DNA of 63,819 bases from Paraspadella gotoi (Eukaryota; Animalia; Chaetognatha), in NCBI GenBank assembly GCA_051294375.1, contig CM119269.1, positions 20,474,371 through 20,538,189 on the forward strand, written 5' to 3'. Position numbers and translations under genes: made by a program. Below, in pieces: positions 13,542 to 27,240 of this stretch (positions within the stretch are counted from its first letter, which is position 1; each line of letters begins with the position of its first letter). The notes under the pieces are model-generated. The model ran no database searches, was not told where the DNA came from, and was given only the letters and a program-made list of their open reading frames with translations.

Positions 13542-14409
13542 CCACTCTCTCTCTTTTTCTCTCTCTCTCTCTCTCTCTCGACCTTGAACATCCGAAAAAT
13601 TACAAATAAAAAAAAAAAAAGGATCTGGGGAAAGGAAAGGAAAAAAATTAATACTTGTCTAATCTGGTAGAATCGAGAGAGCCGAGAAAGTCAGCGCGGC
13701 TCGGAAGGAGAGAGCGAAATAAGTAGAAGACGATCGAGAGAGGAGCAGGAGAGAGTAGAGAGAGAGAGAGATAGAAATGAGATCGAGCAGGTCGGACTGA
13801 CTAACATTGCGATTCTACTTTATCAACGTCACGTTCGTTCTTCATAGACGGAGGCGTCGGCGGCTCACGTAACCTGGTTCGTCATTTCGTTGTCGTTGTG
13901 GTTGTGTTAGCTGGTGGTTGTCGTGTAGTAAATATGATGGTTCTTCGTTTTCGTCACTATTGTTTTTTTTGATTGATTTAAGACATTAAAGAGTTTTATT
14001 TAATAAATTCGTTTTTATTAAATTAAAAAATGCAGGACACATTGAAAGGTATAAACTTAAATGAGGCGGGAAAGTTGGAGGATAGAGGATAAAAAGCCCC
14101 AAAAGGAGAAAAGAAGAAGAGAAGCGGAGGAAAAATAATAAAAAGGAGAAATAGAGTGAAAAAAAGCGAAAGTGAATATTGAATAGAAAAAAAAAAAAGA
14201 AAATAGAAAAAAAGGAGGAAAATTAGAAAAAAACAAGAGAAAAATAAAAAAAGAGGAAAACTCGAAAAAAGGAGAAAATAGAAAATACAAAAAAAAGAAA
14301 GAAAATAGAAAAAAAAAGAATAAAATTCTCGTGGAGAGTAGATGAGATCGTTTGGAGCGTTCTCAACCCGATTGACCGCCTCCCGTAGTCTTTTCACATT
14401 TCTCTGATT

Positions 14410-14446
<37 letters not shown>

Positions 14447-14467
14447 CTCTTCTTCCTCTCTCGTCTG

Positions 14468-14498
<31 letters not shown>

Positions 14499-16739
14499 CT
14501 CTCTTCCCCTTCGTAAGTTGCGCGCAGTACTTCGGTCGGTCGGTCTATACGGCGGATCTGTCCCACCTTCGTTTTTTTAAATCCTCATAATCTCAGTAAT
14601 ATATCATTTTCTTAATACACCCACATTTTTATATACGTACACTCGTCTTTTCCTTCCTTTCACCCATATTATATATTATATATATAGATTTTCCTCCTTA
14701 AATTTTATTGATCCCTTATTTACCCTTTCTTTCTTCCTTCCTCGCATTCCCGTCTTTCCTACCCTTCTCCCCCCCCCTCTCTCTCTCTCTCTCTTTTTCC
14801 ATCTTTCTCTTACTTCCTTCTCTTCCCCCACGGAAATTGAAGCGCCAAAAGACCGAAGCCTTCAGGTTTTTTTGCTAATTCGATTTTTATGGGTGATTTT
14901 TGTTGAGATGAATCCGAACGAGAGAAACGAGGCTAGAGCAGAGATTAAGATTCGTGGGGCGGCGCGCGGGATTCGGCACCGCATAGTGAACGAGTGAGGC
15001 GCGGGCGTGAGGAGTTCTCTGAGGGTGCGCGTGCGTGGGAGAATTCGGCGTTCGATCGTGAAAGAACAGGTAAGAGCTCGAGCGGATGATAAACAATTAA
15101 AAAAGGGAAAGCAGACAAAGGGAAACGATGTTTTTAGAGATGGGGGAGCGCATGAAAGGGAAAGGACGATACCGATCCAGGCTCTGAGACGAGATTTGAA
15201 GAAAAAAAAAAGTGATCTTAAGAAAAAGGAAAATTAAAAAATTGGTGACCGAGCGTGCGACTTCGCAAAGTGAAACGCGAGACGAAGGTGAAAAAAAAAA
15301 GCCATTAAATCGACTAAGAGACGCGACAGCGGGAATTTGGCAAAATGAAAAAAAAAAATAATCTGAGAAAACGAAAAAATTGAAGAAAAAATAAGAAAAC
15401 AATGCCCGAAACAAAAGCGGAAAATAAAAAAACAAAAGGAAAAACGTTTCGAAAAAACAACCGTCAAAATCAGAAGGCGGAAATAAAGTCTAGGAAAAAA
15501 AGGTTATAATAAAACAATCAGAGAAGAAAACAAGAAACGAGGTGGAGTCACTTTAACCCATGAGATTCAGACCCCGGTATTAGATATAATAATCGAGCGA
15601 CACCGATCTCGAATGAGAGATTTAGACTATTCCCAGGCGATTTCTCGACGGGTGGCATTGAGGAAGAGTATTAAGGATTCGGAACCAGTAAATGGAATGG
15701 AGTTCGGTTGCTGAGCAGAACATTTTAAAACTTGTTAGATTGGCATCGGCTGTAGTTATAAGAGACATTATTGAAACAAAAACCAGAGGAAGTTCCAAAA
15801 TATATGGATTAATATTTGACAAAAAAGCGCACGGAAAGATAGCCAAAGTAACATGGCCGTAGATGCAAATAGAGAATTTAGGAGATTGTCGATTGCAAAC
15901 AGTAATGAATGAAGTTATGAAGTAAATTGACGCATCACATATACAGATTTTACAATTGCAGACTGCATCAATGAACGGGAAGGTTACGTCGGCCTTTGAC
16001 GGAGACGATAGTACCTTTCGTGGCTTAATGAAATTTTTATAGCAAGGAAATTGAAAATTTTATGTCTCCGAGGAATTTCGCTTGAAGGAACTGTGAGTAA
16101 AGAATAATATGGTTAATAATCACCAAAAAAATAATATAAATTTGCAATAATATAGAAATTTGATAAAATTAGGAAAGAATTAATTTTAAATTTTCGTTTA
16201 CTAAATTGCTCTTCAGTTCATTTTTTAGAAATGCATCTAACACGGATCAAATGTAATAAAGTAAAGACTACAAACTATTAATGGCGATAAAACGTTCCTT
16301 CAGCAATCAGAGACCGATCGAGCGAAGTGGTTTCACAGATAATTTCGAAGGTACAGATTTCTGATTGGCCAGAAGAACATCGAAGCCAAGAGACTGACGG
16401 CGAAAGGATGGAAAAGGAAGTTAATGTCAACGACGACATTGGAGAAGACTGATGGAAAAAGGGAAGTTATAACATTCGAGGAAACCGAGTTAACGTCCAC
16501 CGAAAGACGTCGCGAGGGACGAAAATTGACGTCAAACTTCAGAAATTGACGTCATTTTGGAGCGAAAGGAAATTCCATCTCCTTTCTTCCAGACCGCGTT
16601 GGTCACATTTTTTCTGAAATTCCGGCGCGAAACTCAAAGAGTTTTTTACGATCGGAATACGAAACGATGCTCTTTTTGTTTTCAAAACCTTATAGTTTGT
16701 TTCTCAAAAAATATTTAAGAATAGCAGGCTTTTCTCTTT

Positions 16740-16795
<56 letters not shown>

Positions 16796-17124
16796 TAATA
16801 TATTATATATATACTACTTGGGGATAACAACCATTTCGTCGGCCGCCGCTAGCCTGCCTCCGGCTTTCCTCCGTTTCGATGAAATGGACCATTTTTGTTT
16901 CATTAAATGGCAAAAAACAGACCTTCCGCAAAAAGGTTTGGAAGGAATAATTGGCGCCGCCATGGGAATTTAACCGAAATTCCAAAACAATAAGAAGGGA
17001 GAGACTTCGTGTTGTCTGAAATATAACAGGAAAATATCTGGCTTGATTTACTGATGTTGTAGGATAAAAGTGGATAGACGTATTGACAATTGACAGTTCC
17101 GACGTTGACGAATAGTCCCCAGAG

Positions 17125-17162
<38 letters not shown>

Positions 17163-20100
17163 GAGAGAGAGAGAGAGAAGAGAGAGGAGAGAGAGTAGGA
17201 TAGAGAGAATCCATATCGATATTCCGCGGGGCGGGCTATTATTAAAACAGGACAAACAGTCCGTCGCGAGTTGACCCTTCGTCTGCCCTCGAGACGAAAG
17301 GCGGAAAAAAAGGAGAAAAAAGGCGAGAGCTGGATGAATGAGGAAAACGTGAAAAAAACCCATTATGGTTTGGCAGACAGGTGATTGTTTGAGCTTGTAT
17401 GTCGAATTGTCTGTCTGTTCGTCAAGTCGAGGGAGTCGCGATTGTGGCGTCGATAGATTGAACTTAGAATTTAGAAAATGGTTTAGAAGCAGTTTTTAAT
17501 AAAAAAAAATTAGTTTCAAACGCTAAACAAATACACTTCCTTTACATTTTAAATTTTGTCCGTCGCGTTAAGTTTTTGCATGTAATACCGTTTATAGCCG
17601 ATATGTATCGTTTCCGTAGAATTGTATTAAAAAATCCCGACAAAAAAAATGAAATACAAATATTATAAAAAAACGCAAAATTCAAGTTAACTCACTCTGG
17701 TAAAATGTTTTTTCTTTCGGAGTTTCATTTGTAAACGCGTCATGTGGAATTTCTTTACCTGTACAAAAATGCTGATGCCGCCATAAAAATTTAAAATAGG
17801 AAAGTTTTATGCTAATCGCAGACGGTTAAGTGAATTGCAAAACGCTAACTTTTCTTTTTATCCGAGCGTTTTTTTCTCAATTTCGATTCATTCTTTGATT
17901 TCGTTTTTTTTTTATTCCCGGTTCTCTTGCTCTTTTATTTCTGTTGTTTTTAGTCGGTTCGTATTCCTTTCTTTTCAGCCACACAGCTCTCCTTCTATGA
18001 ATCATACTTTGTTTTAAAACAAAACAGTTTCCTCTGTCCGATACAAGTAGACCGACAAAGATTACTGCTTAAATTCCCCTGACGTCTCGAGCTTTATCAA
18101 GATTTTTTTTTTTATCTTTGAGTTTTATTCTTGACAGTTCGATCGGTCTTACAGAAAACCTTTTATCTTTTTCGGACGAGCGAATTGATTACGGTTTTTG
18201 GTGTTTCGTTCGCGCGGAAGACAAATAAAATTAATGGTATTGAGAAATTATACTTTAATAGATACTTAATGAGTTCGATAACCTCAGAATGCCTCGAGGT
18301 CAGCATAGAATTTAGAAGTATTTCATTTCGGACGAAACTCTTTCCTGTTTGAGATTTTATCTTTTTCAATTTGACTTTTCTTTTTAATAAACTGTTTGTG
18401 AATAAATCTTGGCATTTAACTTCATCGAAATTCATAAAATTGCATGAATACATTAAAACTTTAATTCAGCCTTTATAGACGAGTTAGTTTAAATTGTAGA
18501 TTTTATTACTGGGTATTTACGTGGTTAAGGGAAAGAAATAAATTAATTAGAATTTTATCTAAAGTAAAAATAAAAACGCTAAAGACGACAAGCCTACAAC
18601 CAACAACATACAACAACAACACGACGACTGAGACGCCAAAGCGCTGTCAACGAAAAAGGGCGTTTCCGATGTTTTTTCTCTTTTTTCCCAGATTTTCTTT
18701 TTCGCTTCGTTTGTTTTTGTTCCGACGTTTTTATCCTTTCGTTTGTTTACGTTTTGTTTGGCGTCATCGTTTTCGCGTTTCCCACAGTCAGGAGTGTCGC
18801 TGGCGTCGATTTCTTCGCTACTGAGAATAAACAAAAACCAAAGAAACGGCTTAAGGGGGGAAGACTCACGTTAGGAGTATCTCTCTCTTGTTTCTCCACT
18901 GTCTGTGTCTTGATCCTTGCGCGGGTTTTATGACTCACGGCCTTCAGAGTCAAGTGAAAAACGAAAACATTAACAAAAAACAAAGGGGAGAAAGAGAGAG
19001 AGAGAGAGAGAGAGATGAGAGAGAGAGAGAGCAGGAGGAAGATTGCATTTCGAGGTTCGAATATCACGAAATCGACTTTGTGACCTTTCATTTTTTCAAA
19101 ACTTAAAATCTGTTGATTTATATTTTCGAGTTGTTACTACTGTGATACTTCTTTCTACACAATAGATTTTATTGCATTCGGCCTTGGCAGGAGGAAAAAG
19201 AGAGAAAGGGGAGAAGAAGAAATAGAGGAGATTGTAAAAAAAGACAGAGAGAGCAGAGAGAGAGAGAGTCAAGCATTTTTAATAAGAAAAAAAACCAAAT
19301 TTATTGGGTAAGAATTTTTTTAAAGCTATTTTTTATTCGCTTTTCCGACCTTAATTTTTAGTCGCGTCGCGCAGTAACTTGCGCGAAGCAACTCAATTAA
19401 GGGGGTTTCCCCCCCCCAAGAACTTTGGTTCGTAAATCGTTTAATCCCGGTATCGTCGTGTCGTTGTCGAATCGACAGGTTGATCCGGTCGGTCCGTTCG
19501 TTCGAAAAATAAATTAAATAACGAACGATTTCGGTTCCAATCGGGAAAAAAAAAATTCTTTTTTTCCCCGAAAATTGTGGCCAAAAGTTTTTCCGACAGA
19601 CGGCCACCCCGCGGCAGCCCCGCCAGCCGTTTCAGCGACGCCGACTCAGGACCCCGCAGGCTGCAGCCACAGCAGCTGTTGTTACCGGTGAAGCTCTTTT
19701 TCCCGGTTCGCTGGAGCGAATCCTGGCGTTAAGAAAGGTTTTCGCCGTCGACGATTTAAGTCTGCGTCTTTGTCATCGACGTCATCCTTAGTCATCCATT
19801 TTGTCACTTTGTCGGATTGTCTTTATTATTGTCATTGTTTCGTGATTTTATTGTTCGTTGTCGTCGGTCTTTGTTCGTTTTTCTCGTCCACGTCGTTCGT
19901 CATCCGTCTCTACTCCTTATCGATTCGGGCTCCGAATTCCCAGCAGCCAGTGAGGAGTTCGAAAAGGTAAGTTCGATTTGCTCACCGATGAAAAGATTCA
20001 TTTGGAGGTAGATGCGTTTCGTTTACAGATTGGAAAATTACATTTAGACAATTATCTACGTATTTAGTTTCACTCTTAGCCTTGAATTTTGTAAGGATAT

Positions 20101-22057
20101 TTTGGGGTTTTTATCCGATGCGACCGTTCAAAAATGTATCGATCTAAAACTTGAAAATAATATGTGTAAGCAAACGGAAGACTAAAAGATGAAATCCTCA
20201 ACATTGAAGATCGAACCTGCATCGAACATAGCGGAAATTTCCTCCATTCAATATCCATCGCGAGAAAATCGACTGCAGCGGATGCCCGTCGGTGGCGCGC
20301 GGATGCACCCTTTACCCAGGAACTTACCAACGTTTGGATTCTTTTCCCCCCGTTTCTGGCCCGGTGGCAGCTTCCTTCTCCCACTCTTCGAAATGCTAAC
20401 CGAAAACAAAAACGTAAAAATATTTATGAACTACCGAAGTAAATCGCGGTGGAAAAAAAATAAATCATTCAATGACAAAATAATTAGGGTATTTTAATGA
20501 AATAAATTAACGGTAAACAAATGGAAATAATTTATTCCTAAAAAGATATTTAAGGAATACATATCGAGATCTCTTGTATGAATCTTTTACAGGAGTGGGC
20601 TTACTAAAGCCAGGCCAGCGGACGACCGCTGCAGCACAGCTCTGTTTTTACTGCTGCGGGCGGTTTCAAAAAATTCCCTCCTTTGGTAAGGTTTCTACTT
20701 GAGGTAATGGTGGGCGTGATGGCGCAGAGCAGAGAGAAAGAGAGGCACGAGAGAGAGAACAATCCAAGAATCGGAGAAGCCAATAATATTTTTTGAACGT
20801 GGAGACGAAAAATCAAAGAATAGAACAAAATTTGAACGCACATTTGCGGACCGAATTGAGGAAAAGAAGTTAAAGTTGATCTACCTTGTTGACACCTTTC
20901 AGCCCTTCGGTTGTTGCATCCTTCGCTCGCCCTCTCCCGCTCTTTCTCTTACCTCCCTCCTCCGCTCTCTTTCCTTTTTCTGGCCATTTGATATTCCTGT
21001 CATTAGATTCCGAAAAAAACAAAGCCCAAAATATAGAGAGAAAACCGAGGAGTACAGACCCCGGAAAACCAAAATTTAGAACGGCAAGTTGTGGTTTGCG
21101 TCCCAGTCACTTTCATCCTATATACCAGGGCGTAATCAGTAAGATTATATGACGATATTACAATCTAATTATCTTATGGTTTTAAAAACTTTAGGAGAAT
21201 AAACGAAAATTCTTTGTTAGCTTTAGCCAACATTTTCAAAGAATCGAAACATGTTGCTAACTAACCGAAATTTTCCTTTTATTCTCCCTAAATTCAACCA
21301 AAAGCCAACCCAAACCCTCAAGGAAAATATCACAATGGCCTAAAAAAAACCTCGATTAGATTTTAACACATAATGCATCACATAATTTTTTGATAAAGGC
21401 CCCTTTAGCCAGACACCGGAAGGGGCGTCCCTGGGCTTTGGACAACCAGGCTTTGCAGGGTTGGTTTCCCCCAACGCCCTCTAGGTTGGTTTTACGGCCG
21501 TCCTTCGCTTTCCCACAATTGTCAGGTACCCGGGGTTTGATTGAAACATATGACATAGTAGGTCATTAGCCTGATTGGCTTTTACTCAATGACCACCGCG
21601 GTCACAACTGAAGGTATCATGACTTTATAGGCGGGGGTGATATTGACAATGGCCCGGACTACACTTGACTATACAATAAATAAAAATATTATCATCTATT
21701 TTAGCCTCTTACAAAATAAATTATATATAATTATACATCCAATCTCAAATACTACCCGGTTACGTATGATAACTACTGGCACTCATTTTTTTCCTGGAAT
21801 AGAAAAATGCTAAACCTGTTAACAAAATCAGCCTCAACAAGACGTAAGCTCCAAAATCCCTCCTCTCTTCAATCGAAATCAAGTTGAATGGAATATGAAT
21901 ACGGAAAGGGAATATAATATATTGACTAATATGTCAGTGCCGCCACGAGACAAGTTTCCCTCTCTCTCCCCCTCTCTCTCTCCCCCCCTCCATACTCCCC
22001 TGCTCCCTCTTCTCCTCTCCTTCTCTCTTCTCCTGCTTCCTCCTCTAATCTCCTCCT
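12702..22057 (-). repeat. Right arm of ~9 kb inverted repeat (indel-rich, probable fold-back read artefact)
   Basis: Mirror of 3870-12637 with frequent single-base insertions and worsening quality toward its end at a 25-N gap (22058-22082). Confidence 0.9.
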
Positions 22058-22252
22058 NNNNNNNNNNNNNNNNNNNNNNNNNGCTTTGTTTTGTTTTTGT
22101 TTTGGCTTTGTTTTCTTGTTTTTTTTCTTTGTTTTCTTGAATCATTGAAATGACAAGGTTTAAAAATTCTCGATGACCTGATTGAAATAACCACTTCACC
22201 TTGATATTAGAAACGTTTTCTCAGTCATCAATTCTCAGTTTCGCGAGACAAC

Positions 22253-22311
22253 AATATCAACGACGATTCTTTGTATCGTTGACGAAGAAGATGAGACGAA
22301 ACTGCGGCACT

Positions 22312-22382
<71 letters not shown>

Positions 22383-22587
22383 TCAACGACGACTCTTTGT
22401 ATCGTTGACGAAGACGATGAGACGAAACTGTGGCAATTTCAATCAATCAATCAATCAATCTCAACGACGACTCTTTGTATCGTTGACGAAGACGATGAGA
22501 CGAAACTGCGGCAATATCAATCAATCAATCAATATCAACGATGACTCTTTGCAATAATGACGAAGACGATGAGACTAAACTACGGTA
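22253..22587 (+). repeat. Compound minisatellite: 4 copies of a ~55-bp unit separated by variable (TCAA)n
   Basis: Unit tcaacgacgactctttgtatcgttgacgaagacgatgagacgaaactgcggcaa starts near 22257, 22383, 22461 and 22535. Confidence 0.9.
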
Positions 22588-22964
22588 AAGACGACGACAA
22601 CGAAGAGGGTAACATCGAGACTCGACGTTTCCCTCCAGAAATGGAGCCCTTAAGTGAATCGCCACGGATTTGACCCAAAATCCCTTTGGATATCCTGGGG
22701 GAGAAAATGGGGCGAGGGGGGGGAGGTATGGGTCAAGGGGAGGCGGATTGATGTCAAGGGTCGATAGACTTCGTATTCATACTATCAATTGATATGCCTT
22801 TTTTTTCCTTTCTTTTTTTCCCCTTTTCCTGCCTCCTTTTTTCATAAGTTATTTTATAATCTATTACCCATCTAATAGATTATTTTTTTTGTCTTTATCT
22901 CAGCATGTTTTCCCCGTTACGTTTTTTCTTTCTTTTTTGGGTATTTTCTCGTTTTTTCGTATAT

Positions 22965-23520
22965 ATGGGAAAATACCAAGTGCCACTCGAATATCTCTCT
23001 GGCCTGATACGCCTGATGGAGTCCCCCCTCTCATATGACGGTCAGGCGGGCGATTGTCTGTTCTTGCCTGTTTTGGTGAAGGAGATACAGACTCCTCTCC
23101 CTCCTCTCTGTAGCTGTCGTTTTGGGCGGGCCGCTCAGTGCGAGAAGGGTCACACCAAGTTTCTGCAGGCTCGTGAGAGGTATCGGACGTCCATTGCCTG
23201 CTGAGAGGCCTCCGCCTGACCCGTTGAGTGGGCTCAGGGGAATCATCGTGCGGTTAGGGTAACGCTGGGCGTTCCACCAGTTGTTTGATCAGCCACTCAT
23301 AGCTTGGAGGGAGTTCGAATCGTCCCCCATCACGGTTCAAAGAGGGCTCGAGGGCTTTGATGAAAATTGTCTCTCTAACACCTCTTGAGAACCAGTTTTG
23401 GTCATGAGACAGCACTCTCTAAACAGATGACAGGAAGATAGAAAGTGACCTCGAGAATCACGATATGGCTTTATGTGCTGTTTGAACCGATCTGAGAGAG
23501 ACTTCCCGGTCTCGCCCACG
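22965..23520 (-). mobile_element. Penelope-like retroelement 3' fragment (GIY-YIG endonuclease C-terminal half plus probable 3' UTR), 5'-truncated and frameshifted
   Basis: The minus strand reads VGETGKSLSDRFKQH and then, in another frame, RVLSHDQNWFSRGVRETIFIKALEPSLNRDGGRFELPPSYEWLIKQL to a stop at 23254-23256. These are typical Penelope-like GIY-YIG motifs (YxGET..R..EH; W..RG..E...I....PSLNRDGG). GC-rich island with sharp edges in AT-rich flanks. Confidence 0.85.
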
Positions 23521-24233
23521 TTTTTTGCAATAAAAACTGATTTTCCTTATTATTATATTTTATTATATATTCATCCACCCCTCTTTCTCTTCTTTCCTAT
23601 TTTCCTCACTTTTTTTGCGTCACTCTCCCTCTTTTCTCTTTCTCTTTCTCTCTCCTTTCTTCTAAATAACTCTGCTTTCCTTTTCTCAACGCCCCTTTCC
23701 TTTTTTTTTATCACGATCGGTTCCTATTTTCCTTCCTCCTTTCCTCCAACCTCCTCCCAAACAAAATGGAAACGATGTCAATATATTTTCTCCCATCACA
23801 GTTTTTCCTTCAAGACGCTTTAGCCATGCCAACCAACTTTTTTTTTTGGCGGTTATTGAATTAAGATAAGAGCCGAGCGCTTTTTTCTTCCCTATTTCTA
23901 TCTTTTTCCTTTCTATCTTTTTCCTTTCTTTATCTTTTCATTCATTCTTTCTATTTTTATCTTTTCTTGATTGTATGTTTATTTCTTTATTTCTTTTTTC
24001 TTTCTTTTCTTTTTTTTTTGTCCTTCCTCTCTTTCTTAGTTTTGATTTTCACTACGAATTGATTTTTTTTTTATATATCTTTCTTCTTTTATCACTTTTT
24101 TCTAACTCTTCTGCATCCACGCCTACGTTCTTCCTCCACCTTTTTCCCCTCACCCCCCACCTCCAGGCCATTTCCTTCTTTTTTCTTGGCAACTTTTTCA
24201 CTCTCTCTCGCTCCTCTCCTCTCTCCCTCTCTC

Positions 24234-24273
<40 letters not shown>

Positions 24274-26190
24274 CTATCATTGGCTCCTTCATTATTTTCT
24301 TCGCAGCTCTACGGTTTTTTTTTTTCAATCTATTCTCGTTGTTTTCTTGCTTCCCGGATGTTAAAGTTGTTGTTGTTATTGTGGTTGTCGTACTTCTAGG
24401 TTTGTCTGTCCTCTTTTTCCCTCTTATTCTGGCTCATCTTTCAAGGGATCAACGCTCTCTCGGTTCATGACTTCTTAAGTCGCATCAGCTGCCACTACTT
24501 TTTTCTTACCATTTTTCATGTATTGATCGACATTATTTGATTTGTTTTTATTTGTTTTTTTGGTTTTTTTTTGGTGTTACCAAAAGAAACCTTAATTACC
24601 GGTAAATGATAAATGTGATTAATTTGGAGGTTATCCATAAAGATAAACGGTTTCGCTCCTTCGCTTCTTTTGACGTTTGACGTTTGAAGTTTTCCTCTCT
24701 TGCTTCATATTTTTGTTTCTCTTCCTTTCATATCTTTTTTTCTTTTTTTTAACTCCTATACTTTACCTTCCTCTCCTTTAGTTTCCTTTTATTTTCTTTC
24801 TCCTGTCCTTTTTTCCTTCCCACGGCTTTGAAATTTCGTCGAGCCAACAATGGGTCACAGTTTTTTCTTTTCTTTTTTCGCGACCTGATGTTTACTCGCC
24901 CGGGATCACGTGATGTCACGCTCTTTCCTGCTGCCCGCTTTTTTTTTGTCTTTATTTCCTTTTTTTTTCTTTTCTTTTCTTTTCTTTTCTTTTCTTTTTT
25001 TCTTTTCTTATTATGTCTTCTCATTTCTTTTCTTTCTTTTCTTTTCTTTTCTTTTTTCTTTTCTATTCATTTCTTTTCTTCTCTTTTTCCTCACGACTTT
25101 TCTTTTCGCTTTTCTTTTCTCTCCTTTTCCTATCCCACCTTTTTTCTTGTCCGCGTTTAACCTTTTGTGTTCTGTTTTGTTATTTTCCCCTAATCCAATC
25201 TAAGACTCAACTCGTTTATCCCATCGCACAAAATCACCGTCCGATTCTGGGCTTTTATCTCCTTTCTTCTTTTCGCCTTGACTTTATCCTATTGACATCA
25301 TATGCGCTCTTTACAGGCACTTTGCTTGTTCAAATTAACATTCTTACCTCTCTTTTTTATTTTAATTGCTTTTAATGTAATAAACTTTTCTACTTTATGT
25401 ACGTTTAATCTCGTATCACTCCTTCTCATACTTATAGTAGATTAGTAGTGTGAGAATTGCTTGCTAATTCTCACGCTAGCGTGGACGAGCGTCTGATGCT
25501 TTGCCCGTAACGAAATGTCTCAACGTGAGTCGCCAAGGAAAAGTATGAAAGTTTGAAATGTTTAATTCTTTATAGAGATTCCTCAGATGTTTCTCCGGGC
25601 AGAAATTAACAATTAAATGCACTCGGATATCGAGGGTAGAAATGGCCGCAATAAATATTGAATAAAAAATAAGGAAAGCGCGACTTTAGGCAAAATTCAG
25701 ACCAAATTCATATTTTAATGGGAACATTATTAAAAAAATCCGTGATCGGTATTCATGATTGTGTTAAAATACTTTTTGACAAAAGTTTTCTGAAGCATGA
25801 GTAATTCGCTAATTCTAATTAATATCTATTATACATATTTTATATATATCTATTAATATCTAATACTAAAATTTTTTGGGGTATAAATTTAATTTTTTTC
25901 TAATTATAATATTGAAAAAATAATTATATTTTTATAAGCTATTTCAATCTGTTTTTAAAAACTAAAAATTCCCCCCAAAATTTTTGACTTTTCATAAAAA
26001 AATTATTTTTATTTTAATATTAATATTGAAAATTTTTAAAATTCCATTCTAGAAAATGTTTGACCATAGAAAGTTTTCTCAAAAATGTATAAATTTCCAA
26101 ATAAAATTTCCGACTCAATTGACGCAGATGGATTTACTTATAGTCATATTTTTTTCCTGTATTTCGGTTTTATTCATAATTCTAGTGAAT

Positions 26191-26411
26191 TTGGTACAAC
26201 AAATATATATCCATTCATTTAATAAATAAGCTATCTTGCCTCTGACTTTGGAGAGGCTTTGTTGCTTTAAGGCCTCCATCACTCTTACGAGATAATGACA
26301 AGCTTTCAATCAAGCTTTCAATCAAGACTCTCTCACAATCTCGTTTATTCACTCCCAGAGTACCTAACTTCCCTATGAATGAAGTGGCATAATATTTCAA
26401 AGAATGTTTCA
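26191..26411 (-). repeat. Dispersed ~225-bp repeat, copy 1 (inverted relative to 29750-29978)
   Basis: Shared blocks such as caagatagcttatttattaaatgaatggata, gagagagtcttgattgaaagcttg and gaaacattctttgaaata. Differences are mainly substitutions, as expected for real divergence. Confidence 0.85.
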
Positions 26412-27143
26412 ATTGTATGAAAAGACCACTCACTTAAGTAATATTTGTATCTAAGTATTTTCCCCCATTTTTTTTTCTTGTCTTTCAGGTGCAAACATTA
26501 TTTCCTCTCCGAACCTCTTCCGCGCTTCTTCGTTCTCGATATTCCTTCCTTTCCGCATATACTTTTTTTTTTTCCCGCCGAAATCGTTTTTTACCTCCGA
26601 TTCGCGCGCCAATGTTTTTGTCTTGGAATCCCGATGGAATCCTATTTGCCAGGGCCGAGGGAAAGGCAATTGGAAGCCCCGCTGGAACGGCCGCTGGAAT
26701 GGAAATCGAAAAGGAAATTGAATGAAAAGCGAAAATGGAACGGAGATCGCCAACTTCTCTCATGAGATGACACATGGAACGAAGGCGAGCCTACGTGAAG
26801 GCTTCAAAGGCTGTGCTCAATCTAAAACTGTAAATTTAGATGAGAAGTATCGGAAAATCTATCCTTAGTTTAGTTGGAAAAACAGTTTAAATCGATGCAC
26901 GTTGCTTTTGAAAATGAATTTTAAAATGACCGGAAAGAATGACGACGACGACAAAGATGAATCCGTTGGTTTATTTCGTCGTCAATAGGGGCACGTAATG
27001 ATTGTCATCATGGTCAATGTTCAGTTAAATATTCCAAACACTAATCGTTAAATATCGTCTTTAGTGTCGTTCTCTTTTTCATCATCGTTATCGTCTTTTC
27101 TGTAGATTTTTTTCGATAATCGACAATGGAACGTGTCACCTCT

Positions 27144-27180
<37 letters not shown>

Positions 27181-27181
27181 A

Positions 27182-27240
<59 letters not shown>

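Noticed and set aside
22253-22587. CRISPR-like array (palindromic repeats with spacers), or hammerhead repeats (TGACGA...GAAAC)
   Set aside because: The spacers are just (TCAA)n, the context is eukaryotic and there are no cas genes. The hammerhead-like core lacks C3 and a pairable stem II.
25446-25530. 13-bp hairpin followed by CTGATGC...GAAATGTC, hammerhead-like
   Set aside because: The core deviates from CUGANGA and stem I cannot be formed convincingly.
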